64,000 nt of DNA from Flaviflexus sp. (GTDB lineage: Bacteria; Actinomycetota; Actinomycetes; Actinomycetales; Actinomycetaceae), in contig NZ_JASDVN010000047.1 of assembly GCF_041440645.1 (NCBI RefSeq), forward strand, positions 2,660 through 66,659, in the 5' to 3' direction. Position 1 is the first letter of the stretch. Each line of letters starts with the position of its first letter. This document shows positions 1-9,085 of this stretch, one piece after another. The notes beneath the pieces were generated by a model, which worked only from the letters and a program-made list of their open reading frames with translations, was not told the DNA's origin and searched no databases. The translations under genes and the position numbers were made by a program.

Positions 1-375
1 GAGTTCCTTTCATGGTGGTGAAGGCCGACACTACGTGCCGTTGTAATCACGGCGAGCCGTAATCACGTGTGTGGGTAGTAAGTGGTGATCGTTGGCACCA
101 GTGGAAACCGGAGCGCGACGTTGCGGCCAGCACCCAGGGTGGGTGTGATCACATCATACTGCAAAAAGTGTGCCAGCCATGCACTAGATCGCATATGCTA
201 TGAACGTACGTGCATGCAGTTTCCAGGTTGTCGCAACGTCGTGTTTGGGTGCGGTTTGTTGCGGAAAGCTGGTAGTGGGCAAGGGCTCGTCGAAGAGCTC
301 TCCCAGCAGGCAGTATGCTAATGCGGACGGAACAGAAATGATCTCGTTCGGAACATTGTCAGAGGAGAGTCAGGT

Positions 376-1383
376 TTGTCCGAGGATCGTCGGAGAATTG
401 CCTATGAGGCGGCCGTGCTGCACTACGTGCAGGGAGAAACAATGGAGACGGTGGCCCGCCGACTAGGAGTGTCGCGCTCGACCGTGTCGAGACTTATTTC
501 CCTGGCGCGCGATGAGGGGCTGGTCCGCATCAGCCTGCACCCGCCCACGGAGAACTCCGACTCGCTCTCGGCCCGGATCTCCGAGATCTTCGGAATCACC
601 GCTCACGTTGTTCCCGTGTCACCCACGTCCACCGATGTGAGGCGCCTCGATGCCGTGGCGACCGTGGCCGGTGCGATCATCTCCGATCTGGTCAAGCCGG
701 GCCACACCATTGGTGTCGCCTGGGGCACCACGATCTCCGCAGTGACCGACCACCTGTCCCCGCGCCCAGCTCCGGGTTCGATCGTCGTTCAGCTCAACGG
801 TGCGGCAAACTCCTCCACCACCGGCATCCCCTACGCCGGCCAGATCATCGATTCCTTCGGCAAGGCGTTCGGTTCAACTGTTCGGCACTTCCCGGTTCCC
901 GCGTTCTTCGATTTCGCGGAAACCCGTGAGGCCATGTGGCGCGAACGTTCCCTCTCTGCTGTCCGTGAACTGCAGCAGACTACCGACATCGCAGTCTTCG
1001 GTGTTGGTTCCTTCAACTCGCCCCTCGCCTCCCATGTGTACGTGGGCGGCTACCTCTCACCCCAGGACATCTCGGTCCTTCGTGCTGAGGGAGTGGTTGG
1101 CGATGTCTGTACGGTTCTCCTGCGCCCCGACGGCTCGTACGAGGATATTGAGATCAACAAGCGCGCGACCGGCCCGACCCCCGGTGAGCTGAGGAAGATC
1201 CCGCGCAGGATCTGCGTTGTCGCGGGTGCCTCGAAGGTTCTTCCCCTGCACGGCGCTCTCCTTGCCGGTGCGGTGACCGACCTGATCATCGACGAGGGCG
1301 CTGCCTGGAAGCTCCTCGACCTCGCGGCCGGCCACCGCCAGCGCGGTGACCGCAACGGCCGCGGCGCCTCCGGGAAGCACTAA
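376..1383 (+). CDS. SorC-family sugar-binding transcriptional regulator
   Basis: 335-aa ORF. N-terminal HTH (TMETVARRLGVSRSTVSRLISLARDEGLV) followed by a SorC-type effector domain (IGVAWGTT, VQLNG, VFGVGS). TTG start preceded by GAGGAGAG. Confidence 0.85.
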   Translation: MSEDRRRIAYEAAVLHYVQGETMETVARRLGVSRSTVSRLISLARDEGLVRISLHPPTENSDSLSARISEIFGITAHVVPVSPTSTDVRRLDAVATVAGAIISDLVKPGHTIGVAWGTTISAVTDHLSPRPAPGSIVVQLNGAANSSTTGIPYAGQIIDSFGKAFGSTVRHFPVPAFFDFAETREAMWRERSLSAVRELQQTTDIAVFGVGSFNSPLASHVYVGGYLSPQDISVLRAEGVVGDVCTVLLRPDGSYEDIEINKRATGPTPGELRKIPRRICVVAGASKVLPLHGALLAGAVTDLIIDEGAAWKLLDLAAGHRQRGDRNGRGASGKH

Positions 1384-1405
1384 ACCCACATCGCACCATT
1401 GCTCC

Positions 1406-1440
1406 GTCCCGAGTCAAACGACTCGGGACTTTCCTTTCCT
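1406..1440 (+). terminator. Rho-independent terminator after the SorC-type regulator
   Basis: Perfect 10-bp stem GTCCCGAGTC/GACTCGGGAC with loop AAAC, followed by TTTCCTTTCCT. Confidence 0.7.
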
Positions 1441-1554
1441 GCAGCTGAGTCCGTGGGGCGGTGGTTTTGGTTCTTGTAAATAGCTGAGCGGTCCCATTTT
1501 TGGGTCAGGTGTCCCATTGCGTTCCTCTTCAGGAACGCGGACTAGACTAGAGCG

Positions 1555-2070
1555 ATGATCAACATCATCCCTGCGCTTCCCAGTCATGTTCGCGAGATTG
1601 CGAAGCTCATTGAACCCCTCGCACACGAGCGGGTGCTTATCTCGAAGGACCTCATCGACTACTTCGAGGATGTTCAAGAGTTCATGGTGGCTCTCGATGG
1701 TGACCGCGTCATTGGTTGCGGTGCACTGCATGTTCTGTGGGAGGACATTGCCGAGATCCGCACCCTTGCCGTCAATCCCGATTACCAGAAGAAGGGTGTC
1801 GGCAGGGATCTCTACCTTGCTCTTGAGGCGAGGGCCTACGAACTGGAACTTCGCAGGCTGTTCTGCCTGACCTTCGAGACGAGCTTCTTTGGTGGTCTCG
1901 GGTTTGTGGAGATTCAGGGAACTCCAGTTGGTGAGAACGTGTACGCGGAGATGCTTCGCTCCCACGACGATGGCATGGCAGAGTTCCTCGACCTGGCGCG
2001 GGTCAAGCCCAACACCCTCGGCAACACCCGCATGCTCAAGGAGCTTCATCGCCCCATCAGTGAGCTCTGA
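1555..2070 (+). CDS. GNAT-family amino-acid N-acetyltransferase (short ArgA-like)
   Basis: 171-aa ORF with acetyl-CoA binding motif (IRTLAVNPDYQKKGVGRDL). The C-terminal part resembles single-domain actinobacterial N-acetylglutamate synthases. Confidence 0.75.
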   Translation: MINIIPALPSHVREIAKLIEPLAHERVLISKDLIDYFEDVQEFMVALDGDRVIGCGALHVLWEDIAEIRTLAVNPDYQKKGVGRDLYLALEARAYELELRRLFCLTFETSFFGGLGFVEIQGTPVGENVYAEMLRSHDDGMAEFLDLARVKPNTLGNTRMLKELHRPISEL

Positions 2071-2211
2071 AAGTCAAAAACTGCCAGTCCGACGTCCAAA
2101 GCCCCAATCTGAAGGTCGAGAACTGTCAATCTGTGGTACGGGGCCCGCCAGTAGGCGGAATGAAACTGTCCGTCAGCTGGCGCATTGCCCAAACAGAAGT
2201 TGCGGGGGAGA

Positions 2212-2262
2212 TATTGAAAGAACCCGCCAGTAGTCGCAACCTGCGAGTCTGCTGGTGGGTTC
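2212..2262. terminator. Imperfect hairpin between convergent genes (possible bidirectional terminator)
   Basis: GAACCCGCCA(2220-2229)/TGGTGGGTTC(2253-2262): 9 of 10 bp paired, 23-nt loop, weak T-rich flanks on both strands. Confidence 0.35.
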
Positions 2263-2314
2263 TCCTTGTTTGAATCACTACTTGATTCTTTGCCTAAGTT
2301 CGGTATGTGATTCG

Positions 2315-2704
2315 TTAGGTGGACTTGCCGAGCTGGTCCGAAACGAACCAGGCAGCAATGGGGCCCTGGACTGCAACGAGGCCGAGGATCAGGGCCGTGA
2401 CCGGGTCGAGAGTGATTGCGGCGATCACGAGAACAACGGCGATGATGGCGGCCGTGGCATACGAGATGGTCTTCCACATGTTGGAGGCGAAGTCGCCAAG
2501 CTCGGGATCCTGGGCGCGAGTAATGATGATGACTCCGCCGAGGGTGAGACCGAGTGTGGCCACCGACGGTATCGCGGCAGACCAGTTGCGACTGCCTGCC
2601 GGGGTGAACTCGTAAAGAACCAATCCGATGACTGAGAGGATCAGGCCAAAGACAACGAGGCCAGTCGACCAGAGAATGATGCGTTGGTTCGGGTTACGGT
2701 TCAT
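2315..2704 (-). CDS. Hypothetical integral membrane protein (about 4 TM helices)
   Basis: 129-aa hydrophobic ORF. Its ATG overlaps the mutY stop (TCATGA), and codon position 3 is GC-rich. Confidence 0.6.
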   Translation of the reverse strand: MNRNPNQRIILWSTGLVVFGLILSVIGLVLYEFTPAGSRNWSAAIPSVATLGLTLGGVIIITRAQDPELGDFASNMWKTISYATAAIIAVVLVIAAITLDPVTALILGLVAVQGPIAAWFVSDQLGKST

Positions 2705-3564
2705 GACTTAAGGCTACCGGGAAGAGCCACCCGATCACCCATTCGCTCCACCAGACCATCTGCCACGAGACCGCTCAGGGCCTCCTCGGCGCGGGACGGA
2801 TCGACGGCAATGAGGTCGGCAACGTGAACGGACGTGTTGGTGGAGCGGAGCGCGCCCATGATGAGGCCACGGGCCTGACGCATCGTTCCCTCCCACGCCT
2901 GCGTCTTCCTCCGATGTGCATGAGCGTCTGCCGGATAACCACGCTCCCGCCATCCGCACCCGTCCACGACCGGGCATTCGCCACACCGAGGCGAACGGGC
3001 GGTGCACACGAGAGCACCTAACTCCATGACCGCAGCATTCCACACGACAGACTCGGCCTCGTCTTCCGGGAGCATGTCGAGTGCGCGCAGGCGTTCCGGC
3101 TTGGTGAGAGTGGGGGAGGGTAGGGCCTCTCCGTGGAGGCGGCCAATGACTCTGCGAATGTTGGTGTCGAGAACTAGGGCACGCTTATGGAAGCCAAAGG
3201 CCATGACGGCCGCGGCCGTGTAGCTTCCGATTCCGGGTAGGGCGAGAAGTTCCTCCTCGGAATCCGGCACCTCACCCTCGTGTCTCTCAACGATTGCCAG
3301 GGCGCACTCGCGGAGCCGCAGAGCCCTGCGCGGATAACCGAGGGACTTCCACGCCCGAAGCACGTCCTCGGGTGTGGCTTCGGCCAGATCAGCTGGGGTG
3401 GGCCACGTGCGTGTCCACTCGAGCCAGGCGGGGAGCACCCGGGGAATGGGGGTCTGCTGGCTCATGACCTCGCACAGGAGGATGTGCCAGGGAGGGGTTC
3501 CCTCCTCACGCCACGGCAGGTCCCTGCCGTTTTGGTCAAACCACCACGCCATTTCGTTAAACAT
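2701..3564 (-). CDS. mutY: A/G-specific adenine DNA glycosylase
   Basis: HhH-GPD fold (LPGIGSYTAAAVMAFGF) and 4Fe-4S cluster loop CTARSPRCGECPVVDGC. I place the start at ATG 3564 (MFNEMAWWFDQNGRDLPWR), not at the ORF-track start 3762. Confidence 0.9.
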   Translation of the reverse strand: MFNEMAWWFDQNGRDLPWREEGTPPWHILLCEVMSQQTPIPRVLPAWLEWTRTWPTPADLAEATPEDVLRAWKSLGYPRRALRLRECALAIVERHEGEVPDSEEELLALPGIGSYTAAAVMAFGFHKRALVLDTNIRRVIGRLHGEALPSPTLTKPERLRALDMLPEDEAESVVWNAAVMELGALVCTARSPRCGECPVVDGCGWRERGYPADAHAHRRKTQAWEGTMRQARGLIMGALRSTNTSVHVADLIAVDPSRAEEALSGLVADGLVERMGDRVALPGSLKS

Positions 3565-3632
3565 CGACCCTAGTGTGTCACAGGGGCGCGCTAATCCAGC
3601 ACTTTGTCGCTGATGGGCCGTAAATTGGTTGG

Positions 3633-4823
3633 GTGAAGGATTCTGAGGACCAGCCGCGCAAGGGCTCAACCGGTGAAACACCTCGTCGGGGTGGCCAAGG
3701 CACCGGCAAGAGCTCCCAGGGGCGTCGTAGGCAGAGCGGTCCCATTCCCGGGACCCTGCCAAAGGAAGGCGGGAAAGCGAAGCCTGCCCGCAAGACCTCC
3801 GCTAGCAAGAGTGCCGCTGGCGGAGCGATACCAGCAACTCTCTCGGGTGCAGGGACAAGCAAAGCAACTTCGGCGGCAACCCCGCACGCAACCAAGCCTC
3901 GCACCGAGTCCACTTCGCAGGGCAAGAAAGCACCTGCTCGTTCCACGGGTGGTCAGCAGTCCGGCAAGTCGCGAAGCGCGAGTACGCGCCCCAGTGGCTC
4001 ACGTTCCCCCAGTTCCACCAGAGCCACCAGGCCAGCCCCGAGCAAGAAATCGGCCAAGGCCACGAAAGAGAAGGCTTCTCTCGCCTCACGTGTGCCTTTC
4101 CTATCGCGTAAGGCAGATGCCACGGAGCGCACTCCGGAGCAGGCAAAGCGCAGGCGTCTCATCGTCACGGCCATTGTCATCGCACTTATCGCCATCCTCG
4201 TTGTTGGCGCAGGTATCTACCTTTATGCGCAGCTGAATAAGCGCAGCGAGCAGATCGTGGCCGAGACTCAGCAGGATAACTTCGAGGTCGTGCCCTGCGA
4301 GCCAGGAATGCTGGACATGACGGTGAGCCGCACGGGTAGCGTGGCGGGTTCCCCTGTCTCGTTCGGGATCACCATGACCAACAACGGTGAACAGCCCTGC
4401 TCGCTGGATGCTGGTTCGGAGCATCTCGTTCTTGAGGTCACCTCCGGCAACGACGAAATCTGGGCATCCAACCACTGCGCCACGGGTGGCTCCACCATGT
4501 ACGTGTTCGGCCCCGGAGTATCAGCGACAGTTGACGTGCACTGGTCGGGAGCCAGATCGAACGCGAACTGCGACAGCGGACTGCCCTCACCCAACCCGGG
4601 AACGTACGTCGTGACGGGCTACATCGACGGCGTCGAATTCCCAGAGCTGAGAGAATCGTTTGTTCTGACCGACTCGAACGGTATTGCTCCCGCCGAGGAA
4701 ACGACCACTGATGAAGAGGCCACCTCGGAGGAAGAATCCGACCAGCCCACATCCGACGAGCCCACAGAGGAAGCGACCACGATCGAGCCGCCACCGGAGG
4801 ACCACGAATACGTTCCGGACTGA
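3633..4823 (+). CDS. Membrane-anchored protein with a basic disordered N-terminus, one TM helix, a Cys-containing extracytoplasmic beta-rich domain and an acidic tail
   Basis: 396-aa ORF. Residues 1-170 are Ser/Pro/Lys/Arg-rich, then TM helix LIVTAIVIALIAILVVGAGIYLYA, then a domain with 4 Cys. Its position between mutY and radA resembles the mycobacterial Rv3587c arrangement (from memory). Confidence 0.6.
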   Translation: MKDSEDQPRKGSTGETPRRGGQGTGKSSQGRRRQSGPIPGTLPKEGGKAKPARKTSASKSAAGGAIPATLSGAGTSKATSAATPHATKPRTESTSQGKKAPARSTGGQQSGKSRSASTRPSGSRSPSSTRATRPAPSKKSAKATKEKASLASRVPFLSRKADATERTPEQAKRRRLIVTAIVIALIAILVVGAGIYLYAQLNKRSEQIVAETQQDNFEVVPCEPGMLDMTVSRTGSVAGSPVSFGITMTNNGEQPCSLDAGSEHLVLEVTSGNDEIWASNHCATGGSTMYVFGPGVSATVDVHWSGARSNANCDSGLPSPNPGTYVVTGYIDGVEFPELRESFVLTDSNGIAPAEETTTDEEATSEEESDQPTSDEPTEEATTIEPPPEDHEYVPD

Positions 4824-4833
4824 TCCAAAGATT

Positions 4834-4870
4834 CTGCCCCGCCACTGGCGGGGCAGAGGCATTTCTTGCG
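4834..4870. terminator. Hairpin terminator between convergent genes
   Basis: CTGCCCCGCC(4834-4843)/GGCGGGGCAG(4847-4856): 10-bp perfect stem, 3-nt loop, then AGGCATTTCTT. Confidence 0.55.
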
Positions 4871-4947
4871 TAATGGCCGCCTGTCTGTCGGGTTGGCTGA
4901 TCGTGAGCCCAGCGTGGTTGAACAGCGCGTGCTTGCTTTCAGCGTTC

Positions 4948-4990
4948 TTGAGCACGCTGGGTTCATAAGTTCTTTTGAGCACGCTGGGTT
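4948..4990. repeat. Direct repeat of a 16-mer (TTGAGCACGCTGGGTT) with 27-bp period
   Basis: Identical copies at 4948-4963 and 4975-4990. Flanking GTTCTT is also shared, with a 2-nt indel. Confidence 0.9.
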
Positions 4991-5062
4991 GGTAGGCAGA
5001 TGAGTGCTTAAGCAGGGAACGAACCAGTCAGCTGGTGTTGGCTTGCTTGAGGAAGGACTTTC

Positions 5063-6418
5063 CTAGACCTCGGGTAGGACCTGCCTGACGGCTGCCGCAA
5101 CGTCGGGGACCTGGGCCACTGCCATGCCGTTCGGGATCTTGACCTCGGCACCGGCCGGGATCAGGGCCTTGGTGAAGCCGAGTCGGACCGCCTCTCCGAG
5201 ACGCTGCTCGAGACCGACGACGGGCCTAACCTCGCCCGTGAGTGCGACCTCGCCGAGTGCAATGACTCCGGGTGCGAGCGGCAGGTCGGCTACGGCGGAC
5301 GCAAGGGAGAGAGCCGCGGCAAGATCGGTTGATGGTTCGGTCGCGCGGGCGCCACCGATGGTGGACACGAAGATGTCCTTACGATCCAAGTCCACGCCAA
5401 GACGGGACTGGAGGACAGCAACGGTCATGGCGACACGGGAGGAATCGACACCCGAGGTGGTGCGGCGCGGGGGACCGGCCGGTGCCACGGCAAGGGACTG
5501 AATCTCCACCGGCATGGGGCGCCTGCCCTCAAGGGTGATGGTGACGCAGGTGCCGGGAACTGTGCGGGCACGGTCGGATAGGAAGAGCCCCGAGGGGTCG
5601 GGAAGCTCCTTGATGCCATCATCGACGAGCTCGAAGCAGCCCACCTCATCGGTGGGGCCGTACCGGTTCTTGACGGCTCGGACCATGCGCAGGCGGGAGT
5701 GCCGGTCGCCATCGAACTGGCACACGACATCGACGAGATGCTCGAGAACTCGTGGTCCCGCAATCGAGCCGTCCTTGGTCACGTGACCAACAAGAAGCAC
5801 GGGCAGGTTCTTGGTCTTGGCGAGGTGAACGAGACCGGCAGTAACGGCACGAACCTGGGAGACGCCACCTGCGGCACCATCGACGCTCGTATCCATGATT
5901 GTTTGAACGGAGTCGACGACAAGCATGGAGGGGCGGGCAGCCTCCACGTGGCCGATGATGGTGGACAGGTCAGCCTCCGCGGCCAGGTGCAGCCCGGGTG
6001 ACATCGCGCCGATGCGTTCTGCGCGGAGCCTGACCTGGGAGGCCGATTCCTCCCCCGAGATGTAGAGAACGGGTTGGGTATTGATGCGAGAAATCTGGGC
6101 GGCAACATCGAGAAGCAGGGTTGACTTACCGACACCGGGTTCACCGGCCAAGAGAATGACAGCACCGGGGACCAGCCCGCCACCGAGAACACGGTCGAGC
6201 TCACCAACACCGGTCGTGGCACGTTCGCTCGTGGTTCCTTCCACTTCCGTGATCGGAACGGCAGGGGATGTGGGGGCGAGAGACTTAGCCGAGGTCGTGG
6301 GGATGGGACGGTTCTCCACCATGGTGCCCCAGTCGTTGCACTGAGCACACCTACCTACCCACTTGCTGGTCTCCCATCCGCATTCAGAGCACACGAACGA
6401 GGAACGTACTTTTGCCAT
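5063..6418 (-). CDS. radA: DNA repair protein RadA
   Basis: N-terminal zinc ribbon (CSECGWETSKWVGRCAQC), Walker A GEPGVGKST, KNRYG motif and a Lon-like C-terminal domain. Confidence 0.95.
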   Translation of the reverse strand: MAKVRSSFVCSECGWETSKWVGRCAQCNDWGTMVENRPIPTTSAKSLAPTSPAVPITEVEGTTSERATTGVGELDRVLGGGLVPGAVILLAGEPGVGKSTLLLDVAAQISRINTQPVLYISGEESASQVRLRAERIGAMSPGLHLAAEADLSTIIGHVEAARPSMLVVDSVQTIMDTSVDGAAGGVSQVRAVTAGLVHLAKTKNLPVLLVGHVTKDGSIAGPRVLEHLVDVVCQFDGDRHSRLRMVRAVKNRYGPTDEVGCFELVDDGIKELPDPSGLFLSDRARTVPGTCVTITLEGRRPMPVEIQSLAVAPAGPPRRTTSGVDSSRVAMTVAVLQSRLGVDLDRKDIFVSTIGGARATEPSTDLAAALSLASAVADLPLAPGVIALGEVALTGEVRPVVGLEQRLGEAVRLGFTKALIPAGAEVKIPNGMAVAQVPDVAAAVRQVLPEV

Positions 6419-6537
6419 GAAGAGAGGTTATCCAATCGTGGTGACGAAACTGCGACGGCTGAATGGCCGTGAGTGGGGAGAGGGGCTGTGATCTGAAGGC
6501 TTTACTACCACGGGCAGCGCAGTAGATGGGTTTCGGG

Positions 6538-7206
6538 CTACTGTCGCGCCGCGAACTCGTCGAGAAGCTCAACGTTTCCTGACACGATGATGAGGTCGTC
6601 CTCTCCGATGCGGGTCTCGGCGGTCGCGTACTCGAAGGGCTCCTGGGGAGACTTCACGCCAAGGATGTTGACCCCGTAGCGCTCGCGGACCTTCGACTCG
6701 CCAATGCTGAAGCCGCGCAGTTCCAGAGGGGGACGCATCTTCACGATCGTGAAGTTGTCCTCCATCTCGATGTAGTCGATCATCCGACCGGCTACCATGT
6801 GGGCAACGCGTCTGCCGGCGTCGTACTCGGGGAACACGCGCCGGTGGGCGCCGATCTTCTCGAGGATGCGACCGTGGTCGCGGGAGGTGGCCTTCGCCCA
6901 GATCTCCGGGATCCCCATCTCGACAAGGTTCGCTGCCGTGAGCACGGAGGCCTCGAGGCTGGAACCGATGCCGACCACGGCAACGTTGAAGTCGCGCGCA
7001 CCAAGCTGCTCGAGGGCGTCCTTGGATGTGGCGTCAGCCTCGATCACGGCAAAGCGGTGCGACCACTGATTGGCGAGCTGAGGGTCCTTCTCAACCGCAA
7101 GGACCTCTCGGCCCTGATCGGCAAGCGTGAGCGCCACGGCGGAGCCGAAACGGCCCAGGCCGATCACGAGAACAGCGCCGAGCCGACCCTGAGATTTACG
7201 TGCCAT
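6538..7206 (-). CDS. trkA: Trk/Ktr potassium uptake system, NAD-binding regulatory subunit
   Basis: 222 aa. Rossmann motif VIGLGRFGSAVA (RCK_N) plus an RCK_C domain, immediately downstream of trkH. Confidence 0.9.
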   Translation of the reverse strand: MARKSQGRLGAVLVIGLGRFGSAVALTLADQGREVLAVEKDPQLANQWSHRFAVIEADATSKDALEQLGARDFNVAVVGIGSSLEASVLTAANLVEMGIPEIWAKATSRDHGRILEKIGAHRRVFPEYDAGRRVAHMVAGRMIDYIEMEDNFTIVKMRPPLELRGFSIGESKVRERYGVNILGVKSPQEPFEYATAETRIGEDDLIIVSGNVELLDEFAARQ

Positions 7207-7234
7207 GTTGTACCTCCGTCCCCAATCATAGGGG

Positions 7235-8614
7235 CTAGCCGATGATTGGGCTTTCCTCCGTGAACCGGATTTGGCGCTGACGTTCCCTCATGGCCAAAGC
7301 GGCCGCCAGGGTCATGGTTCCGACGCGGCCGGTGAACATGAGGGCAATGAGAACAAGCTTGGCCGCGGTGGGCAGGCCGGGGGTGATGCCGAGGGAGAGA
7401 CCGCTGGTTGCGAACGCAGAGATCGCCTCGAACAGAACGGTCTCCAGGGGCAGGTCGGTGATGTACATGAGGGCGAGCGCTCCGATGCCGACGAGAGTTG
7501 CCCCGAGGAAGGCGGAGGAGACCGCCAGCCTCAGTGTCGAGTTTGGGATGCGCTTACCGAACGCCACCATGTCGCGATCGCCTCGTGCCTCTGCCACGAT
7601 GGCGAGAACGAGCACAGCGAAGGTCGCGACCTTGATGCCACCGGCGGTCGATGCGGAGCCGCCACCGACGAACATGAGGGCATCGAAGATAAACAGGGTA
7701 GAGCTGCTGACTCCCACGAGGTCGATGGTGGACAGGCCGGAGGAACGAATCGTCGTGCCCTGCACGATCCCGGCCAGGATCTTGTCGTCGCCCTGGAGGC
7801 TTCCGAGGCTGTTCGGATTGCCCCATTCGAAGAGAAAGATGGCGGCAATGCCACCCACCCACAGAATCAAATAGGTGCTGATCGTGAGCTTCGAGTGAAG
7901 TGTGAGGAAGCGGGGCTTTCTCCAGTTGTGGTAGACGTCCCGGATCACGGGGAAGCCGATAGCACCGGCCATCGTGCCGAAGATGATCGGGATGCAGAAT
8001 AGCCAGTCGCCGACCAGGTGCTCGATGCCGCCGTTGACGATGACGAAGCCACCGTTGTTGAAGATGGAGACCGCCATAAACATCGAATGCCACACCGCCT
8101 CCAGGAGCGGCTCTCCCATGTTCAGGAACGAGGGGAGCATCATGAGCGTCAGCAGGACCTCGATCGAAAGGGAGGCCACGAGGACGGCGGTGAGGAGCGA
8201 ACCAACCTCGCCGAGGCGGGACTTTGTTTCCGAGGCTGCGAGGAGGCGCTGGGTGAGGCCGATCCGGTGAGAGACAGCTCGACCGAGGATCGAGGCGAGG
8301 GTCATGACACCGAGGCCACCGATCATCATCGAGATCATGATGACCACGTGCCCAAACCCGGTCCACGCCGTCGCGGTTTCCTCAACCGTGAGTCCAGTGA
8401 CCGAGACTGCCGATGTTGCCGTGAAGAAGGCGTTGATGATGGAGGCGCCACCGGGACCCGAGTAGGCAAAAGGCAGGGACAAAAGGAGAGTTGCTACTGC
8501 AATAATTCCCGCGAACACAAAGATTGCGAGCCTTGCTGGACGCTCCTGTGCGAGCTGATCGACATAGGAGCGTAGGCCCTGAGCACGGGATTTATCGTGG
8601 CCTGAGGTTGGCAC
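7235..8614 (-). CDS. trkH: TrkH/KtrB-family potassium transporter membrane subunit
   Basis: Polytopic membrane ORF with repeated pore-loop motifs (TSAVSVTGL, NNGGF, IRSSGLST, ATSGLSLG). The ORF track starts at TTG 8632. GTG 8614 sits 5 nt after AAGGAGG and is the more likely start. Confidence 0.9.
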   Translation of the reverse strand: MPTSGHDKSRAQGLRSYVDQLAQERPARLAIFVFAGIIAVATLLLSLPFAYSGPGGASIINAFFTATSAVSVTGLTVEETATAWTGFGHVVIMISMMIGGLGVMTLASILGRAVSHRIGLTQRLLAASETKSRLGEVGSLLTAVLVASLSIEVLLTLMMLPSFLNMGEPLLEAVWHSMFMAVSIFNNGGFVIVNGGIEHLVGDWLFCIPIIFGTMAGAIGFPVIRDVYHNWRKPRFLTLHSKLTISTYLILWVGGIAAIFLFEWGNPNSLGSLQGDDKILAGIVQGTTIRSSGLSTIDLVGVSSSTLFIFDALMFVGGGSASTAGGIKVATFAVLVLAIVAEARGDRDMVAFGKRIPNSTLRLAVSSAFLGATLVGIGALALMYITDLPLETVLFEAISAFATSGLSLGITPGLPTAAKLVLIALMFTGRVGTMTLAAALAMRERQRQIRFTEESPIIG

Positions 8615-8801
8615 TGGCACCTCCTTCACCAAAGTTGAGCTATACGAAGGCTACTCCCTCGCTGAGAAAACTTTGGAATGATTCGCATAACACAGGGAAA
8701 TTAGTCGGCAAAGTTGCCAGTTGTCGCCTATGATGTCACAAGAGCATAACTCCCAGTCGCCGCACACCTCTACGCGACTCCACACACGAGATCGGAAACG
8801 T

Positions 8802-9011
8802 ATGTCGCAAGGACCTTCCTCAGCGCCGCAATTCATGACGGTCGCTGAAGTTGCGGAGCTCGCACGCGTATCAAGAATGACGGTGTACCGCATGGTTCAT
8901 TCCGGCGAACTGCCCGCAGTGCGGGTTGGTAACTCATATCGGGTTCCGACCGATGCTGTTGATGAATTGTTCTCAAAAACTGCCTACGAGGCTGACGAAC
9001 GTCACGCCTAG
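8802..9011 (+). CDS. Small excisionase-family helix-turn-helix DNA-binding protein (Rv0500A-like)
   Basis: MTVAEVAELARVSRMTVYRMVHSGELPAVRVGNSYRV. Lies directly upstream of the bS22 micro-gene, as in mycobacteria. Start is ambiguous (8721, 8802 or 8836). Confidence 0.75.
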   Translation: MSQGPSSAPQFMTVAEVAELARVSRMTVYRMVHSGELPAVRVGNSYRVPTDAVDELFSKTAYEADERHA

Positions 9012-9085
9012 GCGCAAGAAGCGGTAAGATCTCCGGGTGACCATTGGCGAAGGAGTATTCGCCGTCCCGACATTGGAGGTAACCA

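Noticed and set aside
1-13. Possible start (ATGAAAGGAACTC on the minus strand) of a divergent gene leaving the window.
   Set aside because: Only 4 codons are visible and no SD is present, so it cannot be supported as a feature. It is mentioned only as context for the operator-like repeats.
82-466. ORFs 82-321 and 200-466 upstream of the SorC-type regulator.
   Set aside because: They overlap each other and the regulator's RBS and start. Their translations are Cys/Arg-rich and implausible. The region is full of palindromes typical of regulatory DNA.
3565-3762. N-terminal extensions suggested by the ORF track for mutY. Similar extensions appear for the TlpA-like gene, resB, nuoA, nuoI, nuoM, secA, kgd, the PLD_N gene and the small HTH genes.
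   Set aside because: The extended parts overlap upstream genes or terminators, lack similarity to the conserved family N-termini, and have better internal starts with SD sequences or start-stop coupling.
8633-8720. Possible c-di-AMP (ydaO-type) riboswitch in the trkH leader, since K+ transporters are often controlled that way.
   Set aside because: The leader is short (under 100 nt) and AT-rich. It lacks the conserved GGGGA and CCCGA-type segments and the pseudo-symmetric helices.
8802-9011. Two excisionase-family HTH genes (this one and 49090-49293) as possible prophage or integrative-element markers.
   Set aside because: There is no integrase, att-like repeats, tRNA target, phage genes or compositional shift nearby. 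Both sit in conserved housekeeping contexts (next to bS22 and next to secA/Rv3235-family), typical of actinobacterial core genomes.
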